Assembly: GCA_965217585.1 (NCBI GenBank)
Contig: OZ244561.1
Coordinates: 3,968,001-4,032,000 of the forward strand
Length of the DNA stretch: 64,000 bases
Source: Candidatus Latescibacterota bacterium
GTDB taxonomy: Bacteria > Latescibacterota > UBA2968 > UBA8231
Direction: 5' to 3'
Shown: piece by piece, positions 9,661-19,500 of the stretch
How positions within the stretch are numbered: position 1 is the first letter of the stretch
Layout: each line of letters starts with the position of its first letter
Notes under the pieces: model-generated
Told to the model about the DNA's origin: nothing
Database searches by the model: none
Seen by the model: the letters and a program-made list of their open reading frames with translations, nothing else
Program-made: the position numbers and the translations under genes

Positions 9661-10768
9661 GTGATGTTACGCAGCCGCTAGGCTTTGGTTTATCTTTTCT
9701 GTCATGGATAAAAAACTGTTAGACCTCTATAGTGACTATCTGTTGAGTTCTTTTGGCGCGACGACCGCCACCGGCCTTTCGTCTTTGTTAGATGGCCAAA
9801 TCAGCCACGACCAAGTGACGCGGTTTTTGTCCCAAGCCGACTACACGTCGAAAGAGCTCTGGCATCAAGTCAAATCCGTGGTGCGCACCATCGAGCGTGA
9901 AGACGGGGTGCTCATTTTCGATGATACGATTCAGGAAAAGCCGCACACGGATGAAAATGAGTTGATCTGTTGGCACTTCGATCATAGTAAGAACCGCTCC
10001 GTCAAAGGCTTGAATCTGCTCAATTGTATCTATCAGGCCGGCGATGTCAGTGTGCCGGTGGCCTATGAGTTAGTGCGTAAACCGATCCTGTTTTGCGATC
10101 GGCAAACGCGGCGAGTCAAACGCAAAAGCGAGGTGACCAAAAATCAGTTGCTGCGGCAGATGCTACGCACCTGCCAACAGAATCGCTTGAGCTACCGCTA
10201 TGTCTTGGCCGATAGTTGGTTTGCGGCCAAGGAAAACCTGTTGTTTATCCGCCAAGACCTGAAGAAACACTTTATCGTCGCCCTCAAATCCAACCGGACG
10301 GTCGCCTTGAGCCCCCAAGACAAAGCCCACGGCCGCTTCGTGCGTATCGATACGCTAGACTGGTCAGACCCCACGCCGGTAACCGCCTGGATCAAAGGAC
10401 TCCCTTTTCCAGTCTTGCTGCATCGGCGAGTCTTTACAAACAAAGACGATTCCACCGGCCTTTTGTATCTGGCCTGTAGTGATCTCGACCAACACGGAGA
10501 CGCCCTTGAGATGATCTATCAAAAAAGATGGAAAGTCGAAGTCTTTCACAAAACGCTCAAGTCCCATGCCGCGTTGGCCAAGTCGCCGACCAAACGGGTC
10601 CGTACCCAAAGCAATCACGTCTTTATGGCCATCTATGCGGCCTTCTCGCTAGAGTGGCTGCGCATCAAGCATCGGATGAATCCGTTTGCCCTCCGATCAA
10701 AACTCTATCTCAAGGCCATTCGACACGCCTTTGACGAATTACAGCAGCTAAAGGCTGCGTAACATCAC
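9661..10768 (+). mobile_element. IS element (IS701-like DDE) with 16-bp perfect terminal IRs and an 8-bp target duplication
   Basis: GTGATGTTACGCAGCC (9661-9676) / GGCTGCGTAACATCAC (10753-10768); TTATGTAA at 9653-9660 and 10769-10776. Confidence 0.9.
9704..10762 (+). CDS. DDE transposase (IS701/IS4-superfamily-like)
   Basis: LIFDDT, VLADSWF, YQKRWKVEVFHKTLK motifs. Confidence 0.9.
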   Translation: MDKKLLDLYSDYLLSSFGATTATGLSSLLDGQISHDQVTRFLSQADYTSKELWHQVKSVVRTIEREDGVLIFDDTIQEKPHTDENELICWHFDHSKNRSVKGLNLLNCIYQAGDVSVPVAYELVRKPILFCDRQTRRVKRKSEVTKNQLLRQMLRTCQQNRLSYRYVLADSWFAAKENLLFIRQDLKKHFIVALKSNRTVALSPQDKAHGRFVRIDTLDWSDPTPVTAWIKGLPFPVLLHRRVFTNKDDSTGLLYLACSDLDQHGDALEMIYQKRWKVEVFHKTLKSHAALAKSPTKRVRTQSNHVFMAIYAAFSLEWLRIKHRMNPFALRSKLYLKAIRHAFDELQQLKAA

Positions 10769-10943
10769 TTATGTAAGGAGCCGGTAGCTAAGTGGGTGTT
10801 GGTCAACGCGATAGCTTGACTATCTCCATAGGGGTTACTCGTAATTTGGCAGAGGATACAATCTCCCCGATCTGCTTCGGCCAATACCAAGGCTGGTCTC
10901 AATTTCGTCTGTGACAGGTCGGAAAATGGAAATGGCACTAAGA

Positions 10944-11159
10944 CTATTGATCTTGCTGTAGGTGTGCCCATGCGGCATCCTCTTCTGGGCGATTCCAATC
11001 TTCAGCTAATGCGGCTTCACTAAGCAAGGCAGTTTCAGTCATATTCGACTCAGCGGAGAGAATCGTCACAAATGCACGTTGCGGTTTAGGCAATTGGACC
11101 GGCTCCAGTAAGCTAACATTGCCCTGCTCATCGATTACCGCTTCAATAATTTTGATCAT
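10944..11159 (-). CDS. putative antitoxin upstream of and overlapping mazF
   Basis: 71 aa, acidic C-terminus ALLSEAALAEDWNRPEEDAAW; AGGAG RBS; TA operon geometry. Confidence 0.75.
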   Translation of the reverse strand: MIKIIEAVIDEQGNVSLLEPVQLPKPQRAFVTILSAESNMTETALLSEAALAEDWNRPEEDAAWAHLQQDQ

Positions 11160-11195
11160 GTTCTACTCCTTTGGCCATCGGATTTGGGCATCCCG

Positions 11196-11245
11196 TATAA
11201 CTTTAGGTTATAAAAAAGGTTACAGTCTTAGAATGCCCTAGTCAA
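11196..11245 (-). promoter_or_regulatory. antitoxin-mazF promoter with a palindromic operator
   Basis: TTGACT-N17-TAACCT (11245-11217) followed by TATAAC-N5-GTTATA (11196-11212). Confidence 0.55.
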
Positions 11246-11313
11246 GCCATAATCATCGTCCCGAACTGTATGTAGTTCACGGGTTAGATTCGCATCTATG
11301 AAAGGCTGATTCG

Positions 11314-12285
11314 ATGAAGCAGATTGTGCGACAACTGGACATCCTGCGGACGCTTCAGGCACGGCGTTACGGAGCGAGCGTTCGCGAACTGGCAGACGAG
11401 TACAAAGTAGATAGGCGCACCATACAGCGCGATCTGGAAGACCTGCGCGAGGTAGGGTTTCTGATGGACGAACGGCGCACCGATCAGCGCATTTACTACC
11501 AACTACAAAAGGACACCAAGCTGCCACTGAACTTTCCGATCATGGAAGTCGCGGCGATGATCTTTGCCGAGCAAGCGGGCATGGGGCTGGTGGGGACGCC
11601 GTTCGGCGAGCACCTGCGGTCGGCGATTCGCCGGCTGACCCAAGCCATGCCCCCGGAGATGCGGCAATTCCTAGAGCGAGCCGCAGAGGCTTACGTGCCG
11701 CTGGCGCGCGGGCACAAGCCCTATGAAGACGCCCGAGAGATACTCGAAAACCTGCACGACGCCATACTGGAGCGCCGCGTGTGCTGGGTGAGCTATCGCT
11801 CGCCGGGGGCGGAGGCCCGGCAGTACAATATCGAACCGCTGCGCCTCCTGCCGCACCGAGGCGGTCTGTACGTGATTTCGCGGATGCCTTACTACGACCA
11901 GCTCATTACGCAGGCGGTGGATCGCTTTGAGGCGGTGGACGTGACCGAGGAGGAATTCGAGCCGCCGGATCACCTGTCGGTTGACGAACGATTGAGCAAT
12001 GCGTTCGGCATCTCATCCGAGGAGCCGATGGACGTGGTGGTTCGGTTCACCGAGGAGCAGGCACCCTATATACGGGAGCGGATCTGGCATCCGAGCCAGA
12101 CGCTGGAAGAAATGGACGACGGTCGGATAGTGCTGCGGCTGCGGGCCGGGGGGTTTTACGAGATCAAGAGTTGGGTGTTGAGCTTTGGAGCGGCGGCTGA
12201 GGTGCTGGAGCCGGATGAGTTGCGGGAGGCGGTGCGGGAAGAGATGCGGGCGGCGCTGGGATTGGATGACGAGGGTGCGACGTGA
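11314..12285 (+). CDS. HTH-WYL-WCX transcriptional regulator (YafY/DriD/PafBC-like)
   Basis: wHTH ELADEYKVDRRTIQRDLEDL; WYL core SYRS..IEPLRL...GLYVI; WCX tail WHPSQ...WVLSFGAAAEVLEPDELRE. Confidence 0.93.
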   Translation: MKQIVRQLDILRTLQARRYGASVRELADEYKVDRRTIQRDLEDLREVGFLMDERRTDQRIYYQLQKDTKLPLNFPIMEVAAMIFAEQAGMGLVGTPFGEHLRSAIRRLTQAMPPEMRQFLERAAEAYVPLARGHKPYEDAREILENLHDAILERRVCWVSYRSPGAEARQYNIEPLRLLPHRGGLYVISRMPYYDQLITQAVDRFEAVDVTEEEFEPPDHLSVDERLSNAFGISSEEPMDVVVRFTEEQAPYIRERIWHPSQTLEEMDDGRIVLRLRAGGFYEIKSWVLSFGAAAEVLEPDELREAVREEMRAALGLDDEGAT

Positions 12286-12309
12286 TCTGTCGCAGGAGTT
12301 CAGTAATAT
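12276..12309 (+). promoter_or_regulatory. candidate WYL-activator operator plus -10 element
   Basis: TGCGAC-N7-GTCGCA palindrome (12276-12294); TGTCGC-N10-TAATAT geometry. Confidence 0.65.
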
Positions 12310-12343
12310 CTTCCAAGGAAGCCGTAAATTTTACACAGAGGAG

Positions 12344-12458
12344 ATGAAGATGAGGCACTTTAAGCTTGTGGCGTTAGCAGGAAATCCTAACTGGGCACTC
12401 AATGAATTTAAGGCTGGGAGGGCTCGTTATGGCTGGAGTTGGTTTCCCGGTGCAGATC
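12344..12458 (+). pseudogene. 5' fragment of a gene truncated by the IS (possibly a restriction-endonuclease-like protein)
   Basis: GAGGAG RBS; M(K)MRHFKLVALAGNPNWALNEFKAGRARYGWSWFPGAD stops exactly at the IS IR. Confidence 0.55.
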
Positions 12459-13636
12459 GGCTTTGTTGCATGAAACCAGGTCGGCTGTGTTGGCCTCTTG
12501 GTTTTTTGGTTTACGCTTTTTTTGTGATCGGATAGGACTCGGGTTTGGCCAACGCGAGCAGTCGGTTAAGTACCGCACAACCCAACCGTGTTTCGGTCTG
12601 TTGGTGGGGTAAGGTTCGGGCGCGTAAGGTATCGCCGAGTATCTGTTTATAGCGGCCTATCTGCGTTTCGGCGATCGAGCGGCGATGATAGCCGCTGTCG
12701 TTTTTCCAGGTTCGACGGCCCCGTTGGCGGATCGCTCGAATCGTCTCATCGCGGGGTAACGGCTCGGCGTGAGTGTTGCCATGTTGCTCGATTTTGGCGT
12801 CCTTGCGCGGCGGAATGATCGGGCGAATAGGCCGGCCTTGATCGGGCGCGGCCAACGCGTCGAAGACCTTGCGCTTATCATAGGCTCCATCGCCACCCAA
12901 CGCGACCACGGACGCTTCGACTTGCTGCAGCAACGGCTCCACCTGCGAGGCATCATCTCGGCGGTTGGTGGTCAAGGTCTGTGCGACGATTTCGCCGGTA
13001 GCCTCGTTGACCCCTAGGTGCAATTTGCGCCATGCGCGCCGCTTCGTCCAACCGTGCTGACGCACCTTCCACTCGCCTTCCCCATACACTTTCAGCCCCG
13101 TCGAGTCAACCACCAAGTGCAGGGGTTGGTCGGTACGCTGGGGCGGTAGATCCACCGCCAAATCCGCCTGACGGCGAGACCAGGTCGTGTGATCGGGCCC
13201 CTGTAGATCCAGTCCCATCAAGGCCAAGATGGAGCCGACAAAGCCCTCGGTTTGGCGCAGCGGCAAATGATAGAGCATCCGTAGCGTCAACGCCGTTTGG
13301 ATGGCTCCATCCGAAAAGGTGTATTGCGCTCCCCGCTGGGAGGGCCCTTGATAATACCAAGCTTGAACCGCTTGGGGGCTAAACCACACCGTCAGACTCC
13401 CCCGCTGTTTAAGGCCGGCCTCGTAGGCAGACCCATTACGCACCCGGTATACGACCTTCGGGCGACCGCGAGCAAACTTGACCGGGGAGGAAGAAGACGA
13501 TACCTTGGGCATGACAGGTTCCTTGGACGAGAAAGCATGGATTTTTTGCCAAAAAGGTCCTGCCCAAACTACTAAGGAACCTGTCTTTATTCAACCAATG
13601 AACACAAGAAAAACCGACGATTCATGCACCAAAGCC
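12459..13636 (-). mobile_element. IS5-family, IS903-group element without target duplication
   Basis: IRs GGCTTTGTTGCATGAA (12459-12474) and TTCATGCACCAAAGCC (13621-13636), 1 mismatch; flanks do not match. Confidence 0.88.
12511..13512 (-). CDS. IS5-family (IS903 group) transposase
   Basis: LKQRGSLTVW, LPLRQTEGF, VVDSTGLKVYGEGEW, WRKLHLGV, DGAYD, GYHRRSIAET. Confidence 0.95.
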   Translation of the reverse strand: MPKVSSSSSPVKFARGRPKVVYRVRNGSAYEAGLKQRGSLTVWFSPQAVQAWYYQGPSQRGAQYTFSDGAIQTALTLRMLYHLPLRQTEGFVGSILALMGLDLQGPDHTTWSRRQADLAVDLPPQRTDQPLHLVVDSTGLKVYGEGEWKVRQHGWTKRRAWRKLHLGVNEATGEIVAQTLTTNRRDDASQVEPLLQQVEASVVALGGDGAYDKRKVFDALAAPDQGRPIRPIIPPRKDAKIEQHGNTHAEPLPRDETIRAIRQRGRRTWKNDSGYHRRSIAETQIGRYKQILGDTLRARTLPHQQTETRLGCAVLNRLLALAKPESYPITKKA

Positions 13637-15663
13637 ACTTTCTGGCGCAACTGGAGGACTTTCAAAAGCAACTCTGGCTGAAGAAAAAGTTTGTACTCGA
13701 AACCAACTGGTGTGTTACTCTAAATCGCATCCCGAAGGCTTTGTATCCCGAGATCGCCACCAACGCGGCACAGTGCGAGGAATGGGTTGAGTTGTTCGCC
13801 GTTGACGAAATTCCGGGTGATCTGATAAACGGAGGTGCGACTTGGAGCAATCCGCCGAGTCTCGATTTCCTCAAGGCCAACCCCTACCTGGTGCTGGACA
13901 CGCGGCACTTTGACCGCGATTTCACCGACCGACTGCTGGCGGCACTCTCCGACTCTGGATCGCTTGATGAGCAGTTGGACGGTCTGCTGGTGCATGGCGA
14001 AAATTTTCAGGCGTTGAATCTGCTGCAAGCACGGTATCATGGGCAGGTGCAGTGTGTCTATATCGATCCTCCGTACAATACAGATGCGACACCGATACTG
14101 TACAAGAATGACTTAAAAAGTTCATCGTGGCTAGGTTTACTACATTCTCGATTGATACCAACCATGACTCTTCTAGAACGCAATGAACATGCCTTATGCG
14201 TTGCGATTGATGATACTGAGTTAGCAAATCTTTCAAAACTAGTCGAGATTGACTTCCCACACTATGAACTCCACCGTGTTATAGTAAATCACTATCCGGG
14301 ATCAGGAACGGGACGAAGCAACGTAACACGTACACACGAGTATGGTTTATTTTTAGTCCCTAAGGATGTTGACATCGTCAGAGGAAAAGCTAAATCGGAT
14401 GGAAAACGCGAAAGAAACTTTCGTAGGAGCGGGACCGGAGAAAATAATTATCGAACTGGTCGTCCAAATAGTTTTTACGCAGTTGTGGTCAATCCGAAGA
14501 CCTATAAGATCATTCGTGTCGAAGAACCACCAAGACTTGGCTCTAGCTATCCAAAAGAAACAACTGAAGAAGGATACATTCGTATTTATCCGATTGGAAA
14601 AGATGGATCTGAACGAGTATGGACTCTTAGCTACGAAAGAGCTAAGTTAGCTTTGAAGCAGGGGACACTTTTATGTACACAGAATCTTTCAATAAACAGA
14701 ATTTACGAAGACAAAAACTCCAGAAGTTTGTTAAAAAGTGTATGGCTAGATAAAAAGTATAATGCTGTAACAAACGGCACAAATCTCTTGAAAGATCTTT
14801 TTAGTGTCTCGAATTTATTTTCTTATCCAAAATCAATATTTACAGTTCAAACATCCATAGATGCGATCATATATGAAAATGATGAGGCTATTGTACTCGA
14901 CTACTTCGCTGGCTCCGGCACCACCGGCCACGCAGTTATCAACCTCAACCGCGAGGATGGTGGACAGCGCAAGTATATTTTAGTAGAAATGGGCCATCAC
15001 TTCGACACAGTTCTGTTGCCGCGAATAAAGAAAGTCATCTATTCACCAGATTGGAAGGATGGCAAGCCGGTTTCGCGCAATGGCGTCACGCAGTTGTTCA
15101 AGTACATCCGACTGGAATCGTATGAAGATACGATGGACAGTCTTGAAGTGACGCCACCTTCAGATGCACAGCAGGCTTTGCTGGCCGAGAATACCGCGCT
15201 GGCCGAGGATTATCGGCTGCGCTACGCACTCGGTGTGGAGACTGCTGGTAGTGCGTGTCTGCTGAGCAAGGCGTTCGCTGATCCCTTCACCTACACGCTC
15301 TCCGTCGTGCGCGATGGTGTGCGCCGAGAAGTTCAGGTTGATCTGCCCGAGACCTTCAACTACTTGATCGGTTTGTGCGTGGTATCCCGCCAGCGGATTG
15401 ACGGTGTGCTCGCTATCACAGGCATAGACCCCGAAGGGCGCAACTGTCTGATCCTCTGGCGCAATCTTGACGAAACGGACCACGCCTCGCTGGACACCTA
15501 TTTTGATCGTAATCGTGAACAATTCGGATCACTGGACATCATCTACGCCAACGGCGACCACACTCTGAACGCCATGCAGCAATACGGCGAGAATTGGACT
15601 GCAAAGACCATTGAGCCAATTTTTCGTGAATTGATGTTTGGGGGGGCCAACAATGAGCAATAA
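13624..15663 (+). CDS. mod: type III R-M methyltransferase (Mod), 5'-truncated at the IS
   Basis: YIDPPYN and LDYFAGSGTTGHA motifs in beta-class order; the only in-frame ATG at the start lies inside the IS IR. Confidence 0.85.
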   Translation: MHQSHFLAQLEDFQKQLWLKKKFVLETNWCVTLNRIPKALYPEIATNAAQCEEWVELFAVDEIPGDLINGGATWSNPPSLDFLKANPYLVLDTRHFDRDFTDRLLAALSDSGSLDEQLDGLLVHGENFQALNLLQARYHGQVQCVYIDPPYNTDATPILYKNDLKSSSWLGLLHSRLIPTMTLLERNEHALCVAIDDTELANLSKLVEIDFPHYELHRVIVNHYPGSGTGRSNVTRTHEYGLFLVPKDVDIVRGKAKSDGKRERNFRRSGTGENNYRTGRPNSFYAVVVNPKTYKIIRVEEPPRLGSSYPKETTEEGYIRIYPIGKDGSERVWTLSYERAKLALKQGTLLCTQNLSINRIYEDKNSRSLLKSVWLDKKYNAVTNGTNLLKDLFSVSNLFSYPKSIFTVQTSIDAIIYENDEAIVLDYFAGSGTTGHAVINLNREDGGQRKYILVEMGHHFDTVLLPRIKKVIYSPDWKDGKPVSRNGVTQLFKYIRLESYEDTMDSLEVTPPSDAQQALLAENTALAEDYRLRYALGVETAGSACLLSKAFADPFTYTLSVVRDGVRREVQVDLPETFNYLIGLCVVSRQRIDGVLAITGIDPEGRNCLILWRNLDETDHASLDTYFDRNREQFGSLDIIYANGDHTLNAMQQYGENWTAKTIEPIFRELMFGGANNEQ

Positions 15664-16546
15664 TCAATACCAATCCGAAGATCATCTTACATTCTCGCAG
15701 CGTTATGGTTACGCGCCCTTGCTGGATCCGATGCAATTGGAGGATCTTTCGGATGATCTAAGGCGAGAATTATGGAATGTAACTCGGAAATTACTTCTAT
15801 CGCTAAGAGGGATCAACTCATTATTGACTCCAAAATTTGAAGAAGGTACTCTGTTTATTGAACGTGTACTGGGCAAGTATTTGAAGAAGCCAGAAGATGA
15901 AATCAGTACTTCTTATGAATTTGCGAAGGATAATTTTAAAAACTTGATTCTGCAAGGCAGTTTCAATGAGGTTCTTGATTTTGTTGAAATTATGGTAAAC
16001 GAAAGAAGGTATGATAAGGAATTTATCAAACGTATCAGTGAATCATTTGAAAGATGTGCCGCTGCGTACTGGTTAGACAAATCTAACTATCCGTATCAAA
16101 TTTTCCCGCGCAGTAATAAGGCGCAGGGCGAGGCAACACAAGAAGCCATCAAAACGGTCCGCGATGGCGGTATGAAAGGTGCAGAGGCGCACTTGTGCCA
16201 AGCGGCAGAATATATTAACGCACAGCGATTTGCTGAGTCAATTAAAGATAGCATCCACACGGTTGAATCTGTTGCTCGCCAAATTGATCCAAAATCAAAA
16301 ACCCTTGGTCCTGCGCTAAACTCTCTCGAGAAAGCCGGTTTGATAAAGCATCCAGCACTCAAAGAAGCGTTCTCAAAGCTGTATGGCTATACCAGTGACG
16401 AACAAGGGATTCGGCACGCGTTACTCGATAAGAACTCTCCAGATGTTGACCTAGACGAAGCCATGTTCATGTTTGGAGCCTGCGCGTCCTTTGCCGCCTA
16501 TTTGGTAAGCAAACACCATAAGATGCAAGAAGAGGATGACAAATGA
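15653..16546 (+). CDS. AbiJ-N-terminal-domain-like protein, putative abortive-infection effector
   Basis: TFSQRYGY...LSDDLRRELWN N-terminus; ESIKDSIHTVESV...KLYGYTSDEQGIRHA C-terminus; overlaps both mod and res; AT-rich. Confidence 0.65.
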   Translation: MSNNQYQSEDHLTFSQRYGYAPLLDPMQLEDLSDDLRRELWNVTRKLLLSLRGINSLLTPKFEEGTLFIERVLGKYLKKPEDEISTSYEFAKDNFKNLILQGSFNEVLDFVEIMVNERRYDKEFIKRISESFERCAAAYWLDKSNYPYQIFPRSNKAQGEATQEAIKTVRDGGMKGAEAHLCQAAEYINAQRFAESIKDSIHTVESVARQIDPKSKTLGPALNSLEKAGLIKHPALKEAFSKLYGYTSDEQGIRHALLDKNSPDVDLDEAMFMFGACASFAAYLVSKHHKMQEEDDK

Positions 16547-19500
16547 CACGCCTACAGAGCCGCCTTGCCCTCCATCGCTTCGTTTGTCTGGAATTCGGCT
16601 ACGATGACATGGACGCGATGCTCGAACGGTTGCACTATGCCCAGGGCGAACTCATCTCAGAAGGCACGAGCGACTATGCCCAATCGCTACAGCCCTATCC
16701 TACACGAGCCCTCGTTACCCCCGACCAGTTTGCCGAATACGACGCCAACATCGCGGCGCACAGCCGCCAGCTTCGTATGACAGAGGAACACGGCCGGACC
16801 TGGAAACCCCATCAATACCTCGCCCTGTTATTCACCGAACACTATTTACAGCGCTATTTCGACGATCCCGAGACCCTATGCGCCGACCTGAATCATGAGA
16901 AGGCCAGCCATCAACCAACTGCGAGCATGCCGGACTACACGGTAGAAGACCTGCACACCCTCGCTTTCCAGAGCGCGACGGGTTCTGGCAAAACGCTCCT
17001 CATGCACGCCCATATTCTGCAATACCGGCATTATTTGGACCGTGCGGGAAAGCGGCTAAACAATATTGTGCTGGTGACGCCGAATGAGCAGATGTCCATG
17101 CAACACGAGCGCGAGATGCAGGAAAGCGGTCTGCGGGCACGGCTATTTTCCAGCGAAGCCGGTTCTGACTTGTTCACATCCGTCGAGATCATCGACCTGA
17201 ACAAACTGGCCGAAAAAAAGGGCGTAAAGCGCGTTGCGGTAACGGATTTCGGCGACGACAATCTGGTGCTGGTTGACGAAGGACACCTAGGCGCATCGGG
17301 CAATGTTTGGCGCGAACGCCGCCGAGAATTGGCGAGCGGAGGCTTTGCGTTTGAATACTCCGCGACCTTCAATCAAGTAGCGGGCAAAGACAACGACCTG
17401 CTAAACGCCTACGGCAAATGCCTGCTATTCGACTACACATACCGCCGATTCCATGCAGATGGCTACGGCGAGGATTACGCCATCCTGAACCTGCCGGGCG
17501 GGGTGCAGGACGAAAACAGCGACATGTACCTGCTGGGTTGCCTGCTGACCTTCTACCAGCAATACCGCATCTATCGAGACAAGGGCGCTTTGTGGAAAGC
17601 ATTCAATCCGGCAAAACCGCTGTGGGTATTCCTCGGCAAGACCGTGACGGGATCGAGCAAAGCAGACCAGGCGACCCGATCCGATGTCATCCGCATCCTG
17701 AATTTTCTCGGTTGGGTGCTGGCCCACGGCGAAGACGTGCGGGCCATGATCCAACGCCTATTAGCCGGGAAATCGGGATTGCTCAACAGTACCGGCAACG
17801 ATTGCTTTGCTGGCCGCTTTTCCCATTTGCCGAGCGGGGAAGACCTCTACGCCGATCTCTGCGAGACTCTGTTTCACGGAGCGGGACGGCTGCACATCGT
17901 CTATCTGACCGCAGGCGAGGGCGAATTGCACCTTCGCACCGCGGACAATGATCCTTTTGGCGTGGTCAATGTCGGGGACTCGACGAAGCTCTACAATCTG
18001 CTCACGGAAAGCCCTAACCCCGATTTCGCTGTTGATCGAGAGATGGGCTTTGTCGCCCGGCTGTTCGCCGATGTGGACCGCCCAGATTCAACCGTGAACA
18101 TTGTCATCGGCGCACGGCGTTTTATTGCAGGCTGGAACTCATGGCGGGTGAGCACGATGGGACTGATGCATGTCGGCGTGAACGAAGGTCCTGAAATCAT
18201 CCAGATGTTCGGACGCGGCGTGCGTCTGAGGGGCTATAATATGAGCCTGAAGCGGCACCGCGAAAGCGAAGTGGAACTGCCGGAGGACAGTGATGAACTG
18301 GCGGAATTGGAGAAGCTATACATTTTTGGGCTGCGAGCCAACTATATGCAGACTTTCCGGGATCTTCTGGAAAAAGAAGGAATGCGCGCCGAACAGGAGA
18401 CTTTCAGCTTTCCCATCACATGGAACTTTGCCAAGAAGACAGACCTGAAGCTGATCCGACTCAAGGATGACCGAAAATACAACCTCTCCGCTAAGCGTCC
18501 CGTCCTGCCGGGGCCGACTGATAGTAACCGCATAGTGACGCTGGATCTATATTCACGACTTCAATCCGTCGCATCCGATGGATCTGCGTTCAGTGAGGGA
18601 ACAGAACAAGATTCGGTCAGCCTCGCGTCACACGCCACCTTCTTCAACACAGCCCGTATTTACGAGCGGCTGTTATCGCGCAAGCAACAAAAAAGCTGGC
18701 ACAATCTGGTTATTGAACCGTGGACTGTGGAACAGCTATTGCAAAGCGATAACTGGTACGAACTCTATATGCCGCCAGATCGGTTGAACGCCACCGGATT
18801 CAAGCAGATGCGCGGATTGGAGAACATCGCCCTTGATCTGCTCACCGAATACGCCGATAACTTCTGGCGCAGGCAGCGCAGACGCTGGGAACACGACGAG
18901 ATTGAGGTCGTCGCGCTGGAAGAGGATGATCCAAACAATGCCGTAAGCTACGAGCTATCCGTGGATGTAACCAAAGGTCAGTTGGTCAAGGACGCGGGGG
19001 AACTGGCGTACAATATCCGCGAGGGCCAGTGCGACGAGTTAAAAGAATGGTATGAGCACTTGAAAATCGGCGTCATTTGGTCACAAGCTCATGCGTATCA
19101 GCCACTGCTACATACCCGGAAGGATCGCATCGTTACAGTTCAACCTGTACCCTTGGACGAAAACGAGAAGCGCGTTGTCGAGCAGCTGGAAGAGCTGACC
19201 CGGAAAGGTGATCCCTGCTTACAAGGCAAAGAGTTGTTTCTGATTCGCAATCTGACCCGCGGTCGGGGTGTGTCCTTTTTCGACGACTTCGGTTATTACC
19301 CGGATTTCATCGTCTGGTTGAAGGACGACGTACATCAGCACGTTCTCTTTCTCGATCCGAAGGGCTTGAGCCGGTTCGGCCAAAGAGAACGCAAAAAGGT
19401 GCAACTACACCACGAAATCGCGGAAATTGAGGAGCGAGTGCGCGAGAACGACGCGGACTTGTACCTGCATGCCTATATTTTGTCCGTCACGCCGGCTTCG

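Larger units (their letters stand above)
9511..10971 (-). pseudogene. mazF: MazF/PemK toxin gene split by an IS
   Basis: 5' part MGTPTARSIVLVPFPFSDLSQTKLRPALVLA...GSLHK (10971-10769) joins in frame to the 3' part TSYVRPSKLFTANHNLMRKEIGSL...MTQ* (stop at 9511) once the IS and one target copy are removed. Confidence 0.9.

Noticed and set aside
11263-11278. LexA (Cheo) box
   Set aside because: GAAC and GTTC are separated by 8 nt rather than 4; kept only as a generic palindrome
15640-15646. Phase-variable G7 tract in mod-1 (also G7 at 41944-41950)
   Set aside because: Too short, in a GC-rich genome, and at the 3' end of mod rather than the 5' end; no simple-sequence repeat seen in either mod
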